A stretch of DNA of 63,976 nucleotides, filler included, from Reclinomonas americana ATCC 50394 (taxonomy: Eukaryota): NCBI GenBank assembly GCA_048213135.1. It is 12 parts of 9 records of this genome, joined end to end, with 100 filler letters (N's around TTAATTAATTAA, not from the genome) between each part and the next. Parts side by side here need not be neighbours in the genome. Positions count along the whole stretch, not along the records: positions 34,142 to 39,474 come from PS015853.1; positions 39,575 to 41,315 come from PS015854.1; positions 41,416 to 47,389 come from PS015854.1; positions 47,490 to 53,210 come from PS015855.1; 8 more parts are not named here. One strand, 5' to 3'. Position numbers and translations under genes: made by a program. The notes under the pieces are model-generated. The model had not been told where the DNA came from and made no database searches. It worked only from the letters and a program-made list of their open reading frames with translations. Positions 37,225 through 50,108 of this stretch are shown here, in pieces; positions within the stretch are counted from its first letter, which is position 1; each line of letters starts with the position of its first letter.

Positions 37225-39394
37225 GAGGAGGAGGAGGAGAGAGACGGACGACGACGACGACGTACGCGTCGAGAAGGAACGGAACGACGACGAGTAGGTA
37301 GGTAGGAAGGGAAGGGAAGGGGAACGGGAACGGTAGGTAGGGAANNNNNNNNNNNNNNNNNNNNNNNNNNNNNNNNNNNNNNNNNNNNNNNNNNNNNNNN
37401 NNNNNNNNNNNNNNNNNNNNNNNNNNNNNNNNNNNNNNNNNNNNNNNNNNNNNNNNNNNNNNNNNNNNNNNNNNNNNNNNNNNNNNNNNNNNNNNNNNNN
37501 NNNNNNNNNNNNNNNNNNNNNNNNNNNNNNNNNNNNNNNNNNNNNNNNNNNNNNNNNNNNNNNNNNNNNNNNNNNNNNNNNNNNNNNNNNNNNNNNNNNN
37601 NNNNNNNNNNNNNNNNNNNNNNNNNNNNNNNNNNNNNNNNNNNNNNNNNNNNNNNNNNNNNNNNNNNNNNNNNNNNNNNNNNNNNNNNNNNNNNNNNNNN
37701 NNNNNNNNNNNNNNNNNNNNNNNNNNNNNNNNNNNNNNNNNNNNNNNNNNNNNNNNNNNNNNNNNNNNNNNNNNNNNNNNNNNNNNNNNNNNNNNNNNNN
37801 NNNNNNNNNNNNNNNNNNNNNNNNNNNNNNNNNNNNNNNNNNNNNNNNNNNNNNNNNNNNNNNNNNNNNNNNNNNNNNNNNNNNNNNNNNNNNNNNNNNN
37901 NNNNNNNNNNNNNNNNNNNNNNNNNNNNNNNNNNNNNNNNNNNNNNNNNNNNNNNNNNNNNNNNNNNNNNNNNNNNNNNNNNNNNNNNNNNNNNNNNNNN
38001 NNNNNNNNNNNNNNNNNNNNNNNNNNNNNNNNNNNNNNNNNNNNNNNNNNNNNNNNNNNNNNNNNNNNNNNNNNNNNNNNNNNNNNNNNNNNNNNNNNNN
38101 NNNNNNNNNNNNNNNNNNNNNNNNNNNNNNNNNNNNNNNNNNNNNNNNNNNNNNNNNNNNNNNNNNNNNNAGAGAGAGAGGAGAGAGAGGGAGAGAGGGA
38201 GTGAGAGAGCCGGCAACGCGACATCGCGTGAGAACGAAGCGACATGGATGAGAAGGAGGGGAAGACGGATGGAGAGACAGAAAATGGAGACCAGGATAGA
38301 ATCGGCTATGAAAAGACAAGTAAAGTCATGAAAAACGCAAGAATCGTGAGACAACTGGAGAAAGCGTGAGAAAAATGGATGAGAAGGAGGGAAGACGGAG
38401 GGATAGACAGATGATGGAGACCAAGATAGAACAGGCGATGAGAAGACAAGTGAAGTCATGAGAAACGCAAGAATCGTGAGACAACGGGAGAAAGCGTGAG
38501 AAAATAGAACCCGGGAGATAGCGGGTGAAATCAGTGTGTGCGAGAGAGTACAAGAATCAAACGGTGCCACAGACAACAGGCAAGCAACAGAAAGAGAAAA
38601 ACGCGAGAGGTTCAAGCAGAGAAACATCATTCAACAAACCAGTGTCGGCTGAATCGAGTCAATCAGAGTGCTGTCCTGGCTGCCGAGCTCGAATCGGTGC
38701 TTCTCGGAGAGGTTCTTCATGGTGATCTCGTTTCCGTCGGTGTCGTACACCGTCATGGACTGCACGGACGAGGCCAGCACGGTCGAGTTACGAGTGGAGG
38801 CCACGTAGGGATTGGAGGCGGAGTCGTACTGCACGTTGATGAAGTTGGGCTGCGATGGGGGTAATGAGAGAGGGGAAAGAAAGAGAGAGATACAAGTGAA
38901 TGAAAAAAGAAAGAAGTCACTAAAAAGGAGGAGCGATGAGGGAGAGAGAGACAGGGTAAGAGAGAACGTACAAAAAAAAACTTCCCGTTGTCGCTGACAT
39001 TCTTGATCTCTCTCACTCTTCCTTTGTTTCTCGCTTCTGTCGCTCTTTCTCTATTTCTTCTTCCATTCCACTCATTTTCCTCTCTCTTCCATCACTCGCC
39101 CTTTATTCCTTACTCTCTCTCTCTCTCTCTCTCTCTGTGTTAGTCTTTCTACCCGTCTGTCTCCCTCGCACTCCACAAGTTTCCTTCACTTTCAATCGCT
39201 GTCCCGCGCCGTTTATCATTCTTGGCCTCTCTTTGTCTCTTTCTGTCACTACACTCAATTTCTGTCTTATCTATTCCGCTCTTCGTGTCACATCTTCGTA
39301 TTCGCTTCCTTTCACAACTTGGCCCTTGTCGCTGCAGCTTTCTCCCATATCTCTCACCTCTCTCTCTCTCTCTCCCATCTCTCTTCCCTCTCTC

Positions 39395-39427
<33 letters not shown>

Positions 39428-39637
39428 TCTCTCTCCTCTCTCTACCTTCCTTCCTTCCTTCCTTCTTCTCCACCNNNNNNNNNNNNNNNNNNNNNNNNNN
39501 NNNNNNNNNNNNNNNNNNTTAATTAATTAANNNNNNNNNNNNNNNNNNNNNNNNNNNNNNNNNNNNNNNNNNNNGTACGACGGTAGACGTACGTAACGTA
39601 CGTAGACGTACGTACGACGTACGAACGACGACGACAC

Positions 39638-39694
<57 letters not shown>

Positions 39695-39700
39695 CGAGAC

Positions 39701-39744
<44 letters not shown>

Positions 39745-42700
39745 AGCACGTGGTGTGAGGTCTTCAAGTTCAAACGCAACGCTCCGGCAGTGTTGACGTT
39801 GCCGAGGAGACTCTTGGTGGTCTCCGGCTGCGTGGTCGTATCGACATTGCCGGCGATCGTTTTCATGTTGGAGGCCAGGTCGCGCATGCTGCTCTGTGCC
39901 GACGTGCTTCCCTGCAAAATGTCGCGGGCGGTTCCCTGAGGCAGAAGGAATAGGTGAGTGTCGAGTGCATGAATGCAGAGCGAGAGTGTCGGCATGCACC
40001 TGATCGGCCACGTAGGTGAGCGTCTTGCCAATGGAGCCCACCAGGCTGGAGGCACTGGAGGGCGAAATGTAGGTGGTCGGCACACTGATTCCCATCTGTC
40101 CGTTGACAAAAGCGTCACGCTGGCCTGCCATATTCAAATTCGCCGGATGGACGACAATCGTTGTCGTCACCTCGGTGCTGTGCAAGAGTGAGGACAATCT
40201 AAGCAGAGCTGGAAAGAAGAGTTGCACGCAACATGCCCAACAGCTGATCGCGCACAGAAACGCCGACCGTCAGCTTGTCGCCATTGTTCGAATCGCCTGA
40301 CGACACCAGTGAGTGAGAGATAGACAAAGGACAGGGTACTGAAGGAAACTGACCTCCCTCCACCGTGTACGGACTCGGATCGGAGAGATTGGTGGTGTCG
40401 AGAGTGACACGGGTGCCGTCACTGACACGAATGTAGAAAAACGTGTACTGCGCGAGCGACAACATAAATGAGAAATGGAATGAGATGAAGCAGCGGGACG
40501 ATTCAAGGGGACCAAACCGTGAGTGGGAGATCAGTGTCGTGGAACCCGGTGGCGTGGAAGCCAAAGTTGTCGTTCACATTTCCCTCCGGGGGGCTCACAA
40601 GCAGTTGCCCGGCCACCGGATTGTCATTGGTCAGCACAATGTAGTAGGCGTCGTCTGCGGAGGATAATACAGACACATGAGAGGGTGTAATTATGGGGAG
40701 TGCAGGTCTGTCGGCATGTTGGAGACAACTATTTTTCTTTTTTGCGCATCTCAATGTGCTCTATGTGCCTCCAATCTTGCTTGCACTCTCTGTGTACTCA
40801 CGCGCTGCACCGCACTATCACTCTCTTCAACCCCACTCACCAGCAATCGTTCCGGTCAGATTGACCACATGCAACTTGAACTGGACGCGATCGCGCGATG
40901 GCAGTGCATTTGCCAGCACGCGCAAATTCGGCGGCTGGCCGGTGATGAGATTGCCTCGCACCTCAAAGAGTGAAGTATCGCTCGTGTCCAACGTAGCCGT
41001 GTCGGTGGTGGCACTCCATGAGTAGATGAAGGTTTCGTTCCGTGGTGCGTTGTAGATGCGGGGCTGCGCAGGGGGGAAGAGGGAAGGGGGAAGGGGGAAG
41101 GGAAGGGGGAAGGGGGTGAGAGCGAGAGGGGGAGAGCGAGAGGGGGAGAGCGAGAGGGGGAGAGCGAGAGAGGAGAGAGAGCGAGAGGGAGAGAGAGGAG
41201 GGGAGAGGCGAGGAGGGGGAGAGGCGGAGGAGGGGGAGAGGAGCGAGGAGGAGGGCGAGGCGGAGGAGGGGGGCGACGAGGGGAGAGCGACGAGGGGAGA
41301 GCGAGGAGGGAGAGANNNNNNNNNNNNNNNNNNNNNNNNNNNNNNNNNNNNNNNNNNNNTTAATTAATTAANNNNNNNNNNNNNNNNNNNNNNNNNNNNN
41401 NNNNNNNNNNNNNNNAGAGAGAGAGAGAGAGTGTTGAAGAACTGCCACAAACCGATAAGAAATCAACTCAAACGGCTCATCCGGCGGGATGAACGAGAGC
41501 GACTTGTCCTGCTCGTATCGTGCGTGTCGCACGCATGGGTGGAACGAGCAGTCGTCCAGCAATCCCGGATTCTCAAATGTTAGCAACACATCCGGCATGC
41601 CCGTCAGCTTGCAGTTGGCCTGAATGCGACCGAGCACCTCTGATGACAGCACAGAGCCGTTGCTGTGCACAGCGGACCGCGTCAGAGAGCAGTCGGTGGG
41701 ATTCGACCGCGTTCATGAGCAAACACACCTGTCTACTAGTGCGCTGAGCTCCTCCACAATGTCAAAGTACATCTCGTTGTTGGAGTGCTTGATGCCTGGT
41801 CGGCGCCACCACACGACCGAAGCAGTGCCCTCCGGGATCGCCGTGTTGACGTTGCTGGTGATGGTGTGAGATGTGAAGGTAATAGATTCGATGGTGGATG
41901 AGAGAGACGTACCCACGGCCAGAGACGGCGTTGCGCATGCGGTTGAGGATTGTCGGCGGTCGCACAATGCCCTTGAGCACGCTCGGCTCGGTGGTGAATG
42001 GGTAGCCACCTGTGGGGCGGAGGGAAAGAGATGTGAGTGGTGGAGGGAGAAGGAGCAGAAGGGGGGCGAGGAAAGGCGCAACTGTCGAGCATTTCGTCGG
42101 TGACCTGGAAGAATGTGACAAAGTTTTCGCGCAATTGCTCCTCGCTGAAGGTGTCGCCGAGGTACTCCTCCAGCACCAGGACGAAGCTGGGAAGAGGGAG
42201 GGGGAAGGGGAGGGAGAGGGTAAGGATAAGGGGGAGAAGTGAGGAGAAGTGAGGAGAAGGGGAGAGGGCAGCGAGATAAGGAGAGGGAGAGGGAGAGCGA
42301 GAAGGGGGAGAGCGAGAAGGGGAGAGCGAGAAGGGGAGAGCGAGAGGGGGAGCATAAAGAGGGGAGAGCGAAAGGGGAGAGTGAAAGGAGGAGCAGCGAG
42401 AGGGGGAGCAGCGAGAGGGGGGAGAGAGAGAGGAGGAGAGCGAGAGGGGAGAGAGAGGAGGGGAGAGCGAGAGGGGAGAGCGAGAGGGGAGAGAGCGAGA
42501 GGAGGGGCAGCGAGGAGGGGGCGACGAGGGGAGAGCGACAGGGGGAGAGCGAGAGGGGAGAGCGAGAGGGGAGAGAGCGAGAGAAGAAGAGACAGGGAGA
42601 AGAAAGCGAGTGGGCAGCGAGTGAGTGGGCAGCGAGTGAGTGGGTAGTGAGAGAGCCAAATAGTGATCACCCGAGAAAGTGAGCGACAGAAATGCATGCA

Positions 42701-45447
42701 TGATATGTGCATGCGCAAAAGAGTGCACGGCATTGTCTTTTTGCGCAGGTCTCTTCCAAAATCAGCCAAACCTTGAGTGCATACGAGTTGGCGATCGGCA
42801 ATCGAATACGCCAGCGCTTGTCGTTACTGGCTGTGGGAATAATCAACGAGATCTTGATGTTCAGGTCGCTACGAGCCGTCAGTCGTCCCTTGGCTGTTGT
42901 TGCTCGTGAACCTCGAGTCACAAGGAGCCAGATGTCGTAGCTGCGCAGAGACACCAGTGAAAATCCGTGAGTGGAAACAAGAATCTCACATCAAATATTG
43001 CAGACAACCGCGTCCACACCTGCCAGGAACCAAATCCTTCAGCAACATGGTGGAACGGTCTCCTTCTGCCACCAGCGATGGGCATGGCGTCGATTGACCG
43101 GGTGACGGCTCACAGCCCCAGGAGTACGCCATTGTGATAGTCTACAGACACGTGCGCTTGAGATGCAGGCAACAACCAGCGGCTAGACAGCGAGAAGAAG
43201 AACACGGAACCGACAGGAGTGGACTCGTGTCATCGGGGTCGGCGACATAGGCAGTCAGGTAATTCGTCTCCCTCGTGTCCACAATGCCGTCAGCTGTTGG
43301 CGATACAAACAAAGTGAGGCCGCCAACAACGACGCACAACGAGAGTGACACTAGCAGGATGAAACAATGCACGTATTGTTCACAGGAACTTCTCTAGTAC
43401 GGAACAAGTGTGAACGAGTGTGCAAGAGACGAGAGGAGCGGTGGAGTCATCTCTTGCTTGCCAGCTCGCTGGCTGAATGGCTAAAAATGAAAAATAACTG
43501 TGCAACGGTGGACGGAAGGCGCGGGCAAGCGATCTCTATGACTATCAGCTGACTGACTGGATGATTAAGTGGACGAAATTAGAGGAGGCGGACGAGACAA
43601 CTCGCGCTAATCAGCTTGCTGACTGCATGACTACATGAAATACTGTGCACTTGTGGAAAGACTAAGCGGGCAAATGGTCGCCTTGCTTATCAGCTGACAG
43701 ACTGAATGGCTTGAGTTAAGAAACGTGCACTCGTGGAAGGAAAGCGTGAACGAGAGACCTAAAACAAGTAAACCACACGTGCGCCTGAGCAGAGAACTAG
43801 CATGCTGCTGATCGCTACCCTCTCATGCGACTCTCTACTTGCTTCTTCATGTTACCGAGTGATGACATACCTCCGTTGATACGGGCTGTGATATCTCGGA
43901 ACCCTGTGTTGGCGGAAAGATACGAGCCCCACGGACCGACACCAATGCCAGATGTGAAACGCGCGCGCACCACGTAGGTGGTGGCCGCGTCCAGCGACTG
44001 AAGAAAACACTCAAATGGTGTGATCGAATTCCTGCAGCGATATCGTCAGCACGTCCCACCGTCACCTTCACCAGCGAGCACACAAAATCTCACCAAGCGC
44101 ACGGCGGCTGAGACGTCGGCAGTGTCGGAGAACCAGTAAACTCCACAGACGTGCCAGGGCCGTCGGGGCCGGTGGGTGCCGACGATGGCGTAATCGTGTA
44201 CGTCAGCTTCTCGATGTCGCTCGAGTAGAACGTCAATGTGGGAATGGCGTCGATTTGTAAGGTGGCCACTGTCGAATAGCAAGTTAGGTTCGTGGCGGCG
44301 GGGAAGGGGAGAGGGACGACAACAATTACCAGGCATCATGGAGCTTGGAATACCAGTATTGGTGTTGGTGGCCGTGGAGACCACCAAATTGTACAGTGAG
44401 GAGCGCATGAGGCCGGTGAGGGTGCATTGAATGGGTGTGGTGTTCGACCAGGTGCAGGCGGGGGTGAATGTCTGTCAACAGCACAGAGGAAAGAAGTGAG
44501 AAAGGCAAGGGGAAGGGAGAAAGAGGGGAAGGAGGGAAGGAAGACGGAGAGAGAGAGAGAGCGCGCGGCACAGAGCGAGAGCGGCACAGAGCGAGAGCGA
44601 CACAGCGAGAGCGACACACAGCGAGAGAGCAACACAGCGAGAGAGCGACACAGCAAGAGAGCGACACAGCAAGAGAGCGACACAGCGAGAGAGCGACACA
44701 GCGAGAGGGAGACACAGCGAGAGGGAGACACAGCGAGAGGGCGACACAGCGAGAGGGCGACACAGCGAGAGGGCGACACAGAGCGAGAGCGACACAGCGA
44801 GAGTGAGACACAAAGAGAGCGACGCAGCAAGAGAGCGACGCAGCGAGAGAGCGAGAGAGCGAGAGAGCAACACAGCGAGAGCGACACACAGCGAGAGCGA
44901 CACAGAGCGAGAGCGACACAGCGAGAGAGAGACACAGCGAGAGAGTGACACAGCAAGAGCGAGAAAGCGACACAACGACACAGAGCCGCAGTATCTCTCT
45001 CCAGCCTGGATCCCACAAAGATTATCGGCATTCGCGACTCCCTGCCTTCCCCCGCACACAAACCAGTGCCATGCCTCCGACTCCATTGAATACAGTGAAA
45101 CGCGGATTCACGCCATCAGGGGCGGCCGAGTACGTTCGCGAGGCCGTTAGCGTCAGTGTGATGGACGTGGCGCGAATCAAGTCCGTTGAGGTGATGGAGA
45201 CGGAGGCTGTGTAAACGCCTGTCGTGAAGTTGATGGTGTTGGAATAGAGGCCGACACCTGCGGTGCTTTCCAGACGGGTTTTGACGGCGTATGCCGTGTT
45301 CTGACTCAGCGCGTTGATGCTGCAGGACTTGGGCATGTTGTTGGTCCTGGGAAAGGGGAAAAGAGACACAAGAGAGTCAAAAACTGAAGCAAGCCCACGA
45401 TATGCACCAGGTTCCAGCAAATGCTTGAAGGAATCATGGATATTCAG

Positions 45448-45494
<47 letters not shown>

Positions 45495-48248
45495 GAGGGA
45501 GAAGAGGAGAGAGAGGCGCAGCGAACGCGATCTTTCAATCCACGTATCAAGAAGTCGCGGTGCAGCACGAACAGAGGAACTATCTACACAACGGATCCAC
45601 CGTTTAGAGAGAGAGAGAGAGAGAGAGAGGAGGAGGGGACGGGGGAGGAGGGAGGGAGGACGGAACGAAAGTAGCGGACGTACTCGTACGTACGTTCGTA
45701 CGTACGTACGTAACGAAGTACGGTACGTACGTACGTACGACGACGAACGAACNNNNNNNNNNNNNNNNNNNNNNNNNNNNNNNNNNNNNNNNNNNNNNNN
45801 NNNNNNNNNNNNNNNNNNNNNNNNNNNNNNNNNNNNNNNNNNNNNNNNNNNNNNNNNNNNNNNNNNNNNNNNNNNNNNNNNNNNNNNNNNNNNNNNNNNN
45901 NNNNNNNNNNNNNNNNNNNNNNNNNNNNNNNNNNNNNNNNNNNNNNNNNNNNNNNCTTACTACTACTACGTACTAACGAACGTAACGTACGGTCGGACGA
46001 CGACGACGAACGAACGAAGAACGTAATACTACTACACGACGACGTACTACGTACGTAGAGAGAGAGAGAGAGAGAGAGAGGAGGAGGGGGGGCGAGGGAG
46101 GGAGAGGGCGAAACGAATGCGGACTCTCAGTCTTCACGTGTCAAGAAGTCGCTATGCAGCACGAACAAGCAGAACTTTCGTCACAGCGGATCCACTGTTC
46201 AGAGAAAGAGAGAGGGAGAGGGCGGGGGAGAGAGAAGCAGAGAGAGAGGGCGAAACGAATGCGGACTCTCAGTCTACACGTGACGAACAAGAAGAACTGT
46301 CTGCACAGCGGATCTACTGTTTACAGAGACAGAGAGAGAGAGAGGAGGGGGGAGGGAGAGAGAGAGAGAGAAGCTGTGAGAGAGCGAGGGAGGGAGGGGC
46401 GCGGGCTGGCATTCTCTATGTGTCACGCATTCGCGGATCAGCAGAGGAGAATGAAGATGAACTTTCTGCCCACCGGAGCCACTGCGCTCTAACGTACCAA
46501 GCATGGTTTTTCTCTCACTGCGCCTCTCTTTTCCCACTCCATCTCACTGTCTCCCCCCCCAAAAAAAACGCACCAAGTACACGTCGGTTGCATGCCAGCC
46601 ACCGCGGGAGTGAAGCTAAACGTAAACACTGTGTTCATGCCGTCCGCCATGCCTGGATTCGCCGACGGTGTAATGTTGAACGTGACATTGTCGGGCGACA
46701 CCTGTGCCGTGCTAAAGGCGGTAATGGTGGCCGCAATCGCCAGCGTCGTCACTGCACCAGCAAGCAAAAGGTGATTCTCCACAGACGACAACGGCTAAAC
46801 GAGTAACGTGTTCGTGCGTACCGGACGTGGGACCCGACACGGCACCTGGCATGGCCATGGCGGCACTGGCCGTGACGTAAATCGTGTACGCGGTGTTGAC
46901 GGTTAGACCGGTGATGGTGCATGTGGTGGGCGCGGTGGTGCCCCACGTGCATGGAGGGGCAAAGGACTGTCGCGGGGATCAGTACACACGAGGAGGAAGG
47001 CGTGTCATGCAAGGAACTCACCAACGCTGGTGATCCCATGCCCGCTCCATTCTGTGCCATGAACACGGGACTGGCGCCATCGCCACCGACGTAGTTTCGT
47101 GAGGCCACGAGGGTGAGGACCACAGAGGTGCCGCCAATGGTGCCGACGGATTGAACGGTGGCGGTGGGTGCGACGGCTGGGGAAGGGAAAGGAGATGAGG
47201 GAAGGGGAAGATGGGGAAAGGGGTGAAAGAGGGAGGGAGAGAGGGAGGGAGGGAGAGGGAAAGAGAGAGAGAGAGGAGGGAGGAGGCGACGAGGGTAGAA
47301 GTGGCGTGAGAGTGCGAGGAGTGAGCGACGTGGAGGAGTGACAGAGAGGAGGGGAGAGCGACGTGGAGGGACAGAGTAGTGAGTGAGAANNNNNNNNNNN
47401 NNNNNNNNNNNNNNNNNNNNNNNNNNNNNNNNNTTAATTAATTAANNNNNNNNNNNNNNNNNNNNNNNNNNNNNNNNNNNNNNNNNNNNGCGATCGGAGA
47501 GCGAGAGCGTGCGGGAGTGCGGCGAGGGTGAGGGGGGAAGGAGAGAGGAGAGGAAGGAGAGGGAAGGGGAGGAAGGAGGAGGAGAGAGGAGGGAGGAGAG
47601 GAAGAGAGAGAGAGAGAGGGAGGGAGGCACAGGGTGAATGGCTGAGAGTGCAGGAGTGAGCGACTGAGGATGACAGAGAGAGGGGGAGAGCGACTGAGGG
47701 ACAGAGAGTGAGTGAGAAGAGAGGAGCGGGAGAGAGTGAGTGACTGAGAGAGAAAGATAGAGAGAGAGAGACTGCGAGACTGAGAGTGAGAGTGCCCGAC
47801 TGAGAAAAACAACACTGCGCAGGGATACGGGCACTAATGGAAGGAGAAGAACCTTATGTGAACATATGCATGCGTGCTTGTGAGGAGGTGTGCGCACATG
47901 AGTGAGAGAGAGTGTGAGAGAGAGAGAGAGAAAGAGAGTGAGAGACGAGGCACAGAGATATCGATGAGAGAGAGAGAGGAGGGAGAGTGAGTGTGTGAGA
48001 GTGTGTGAATGAGTGTGCTGCGTGTGCGTACGTGTGTGTCTATGAGAGAGCAAGGAGGGAGAGAGTGAGTGAGTGAGTGAACGACACCGCACATTCACAA
48101 CGGCACTTCCTTTCTCTCTCTCACTCATATCACTCAGTCTCTCTCACACACACTCTCTCTCTCTCTTACCTTGCACCTGCACTGGAGCACTCAACAATGC
48201 CACCAACAACACCACAACGAACACAAGAGCACGTTGCACGAGTGTCAT
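34198..48248 (-). CDS. Large polycystin-1/PKDREJ-like membrane protein: signal peptide, Fn3-like repeats, REJ, GAIN/GPS, TM region; 3' end missing
   Basis: Exon 1 (48248-48170) MTLVQRALVFVVVLLVALLSAPVQVQ. Fn3-like TCTITGLTVNTAYTIYVTA and CSINALSQNTAYAVK. REJ-like FIYSWS…NLRVLANAL, NDNPVAGQLLVSPPEG…FHDTDLPLTY. GAIN NPYVAS…SSVQSMTVYDTDGNEITMKNL. GPS CVYWD…W…GC / CECNHFTDF. PKD1-like HHWLSAITGPRSNNFRR. Confidence 0.75.
41453..42186 (-). CDS. AP3M: AP-3 complex mu subunit, four internal exons only
   Basis: LEEYLGDTFSEEQLRENFVTFFQVTDEMLD|GYPFTTEPSVLKGIVRPPTILNRM; WRRPGIKHSNNEMYFDIVEE; LTGMPDVLLTFENPGLLDDCSFHPCVR…LSFIPPDEPFELISYR. Confidence 0.9.
44565..44980. repeat. ~18-20 bp GA/CA minisatellite (CACAGCGAGAGAGCGACA-like) in an intron of the REJ gene
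   Basis: About 20 degenerate units visible. Confidence 0.85.
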
Positions 48249-49299
48249 GATGACACACAAAACGCTCAATCAATCAATCAATCACGCGCGCGCAAGAGAG
48301 AAAGAGAGAGACTGTGCACAACACAGTGAGAGTGAGTGCGTCTTGTGTGACACTGCGTGTGTGTGTCAACGCGCAGACGTTGTTTGTGAAGAGCATGGTC
48401 TTCGTCGTGACGCGCGCGGACAAACGATTGTCACGATAATTGCGCACCGTTCGTACATTTTTACGTGCAATTTGAAGGCACACATGCAAGTAAGGTGATA
48501 GCAGTTCTGTTGCGCGTGAAAAAGTGCAGCGAGAGAAGCGGGGTGGGTACGTTGAGAGTGGTCTGGAAGTAACGTTGTCCGGATCCGGATCCAGTAATTC
48601 GCGATTCAACAGCAACAATTCATTCACCAACAAACAAGCAACAGTTCAACCGTATCCAAAACATCAACACAGACACCAATCTTGAGGCAGCAGCAGGTTC
48701 CTTGTGTGTGTGTTCGCTCTCGGAGCTCCGAACAAGCCATTTACAAACATACAACAACAACAACTTGCACAACTCTACTGATCCCAGCAGCAGCATAGCT
48801 GCATGATGATCACCATGTTGAGTGAGCACCAGAAACTGAGACATCACGAAAAAGCGATAAGTCGAGGTGGCATCCTGGGGGCTCTTGACAAGCATGGATT
48901 TGACGCCGAACTCCACAAAGGAATGCAGAACGATAGCAAGAGGTGTCTGAACACATAGGAAAACCCAACTAAGTCCATCCACAACAATGAGTATCTACCA
49001 GTGATCGCCAACAAGTCTCGTGTGCTGTCCTTCTGCAACTACAAAACTGTTTAAAGTGTGTTGTCGATGTTGAGAGTAAAGCCCTATTCAGGACACACAG
49101 CCTCCAGGCCAGGAAGAAGACTTCGTCAGCAGTGCCACCAGAAGACGTCCATTGCAGTAACAACGAAGAAGACAAAGAGATATTGATCATATCAAGAAGA
49201 ACAGTGGGGCAAGCATTGGGAAACTGTCACTTCTCTCAAACCACACCCACGTGTACGGCTTGCACTCCGGCCTGAACCTGCGCACCACCCACTCCCTTG

Positions 49300-50108
49300 C
49301 ATCGTTGGACAAACATCGAGTAACTTGTACGTAATTACGTAAGCTTGTCGTGCAAAGGCGAGAGATGCACTGGCGGACGTTGCGCACGCCGAGACGACGG
49401 AGGCCAGTCGACACCAACGTTGGAGCCGTGCCAATCGAGGTCACAGGGAGCACCACCAGCTCAACCTTGTCCTGATAGCTTGATGGCCTTGACCAACGAG
49501 TCGTACTTGGCCTTCTTGCCGTTGACAGCAGACTTGACCGAGTCGTCGTTGGCGAAGGGGCACGTCAGCTCCACCACCTGGATCGAGCAGATCTCACCGG
49601 TCCCCTCTCTGGTATGAACCAGCTGGGTGAGGTCCGGCTTGAGCCTGGCCAAGTTGGGGTGGTTGGCAACGTCCACCGCCGCGGGCAGCAAGTCGGCGTC
49701 GACACGCTCGCGCACCAGCTGGCACGCCACACCGTCCACCTTGGGGCGCCGCACCAGAGCCGCTTGAAGGACGTCGAGCACGTTGTCGTGGCGCGTCGTC
49801 CACAAGCCCTTCAGCTTTTCACAGCCGTTGAGCAAGTGACCGAGCGACTCAGACTCCTTGCCACAGAGTGGGCACAGCGAGGCAGGGCCAGCAGGGTTCT
49901 TGTTGTTGACCGCCGCCTTGTTGTTGAGCATGACGGAGTTGGTCCGCATCTTGCACAGGAAGCGCTGCTCCTTCTCGCTGATGCTGTTGCCCTGAGCCAC
50001 CACGTCATGGGTTCCAGCAGCAGCCTTCTGCAGAGAGTCGACAAAGGCACCACACTTCCGCAAGGCCTTCCAGCTCACAATGTGGCTCTTGGAGTAGAAG
50101 TGTGACAT
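49300..50108 (-). mobile_element. Fragment of an RLE-clade (R2/R4/NeSL/CRE-type) non-LTR retrotransposon: CCHC knuckle + restriction-like endonuclease, no RT, one frameshift
   Basis: KMRTN…CPLCGKESESLGHLLNGC (CCHC), TRHDNVL, RLKPDL…VVELTCPF…KKAKYDSL. After a frameshift near 49470 it continues KVELVVLPVTSIGTAP…GLRRLGV. Intronless; boundaries approximate. Confidence 0.85.
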
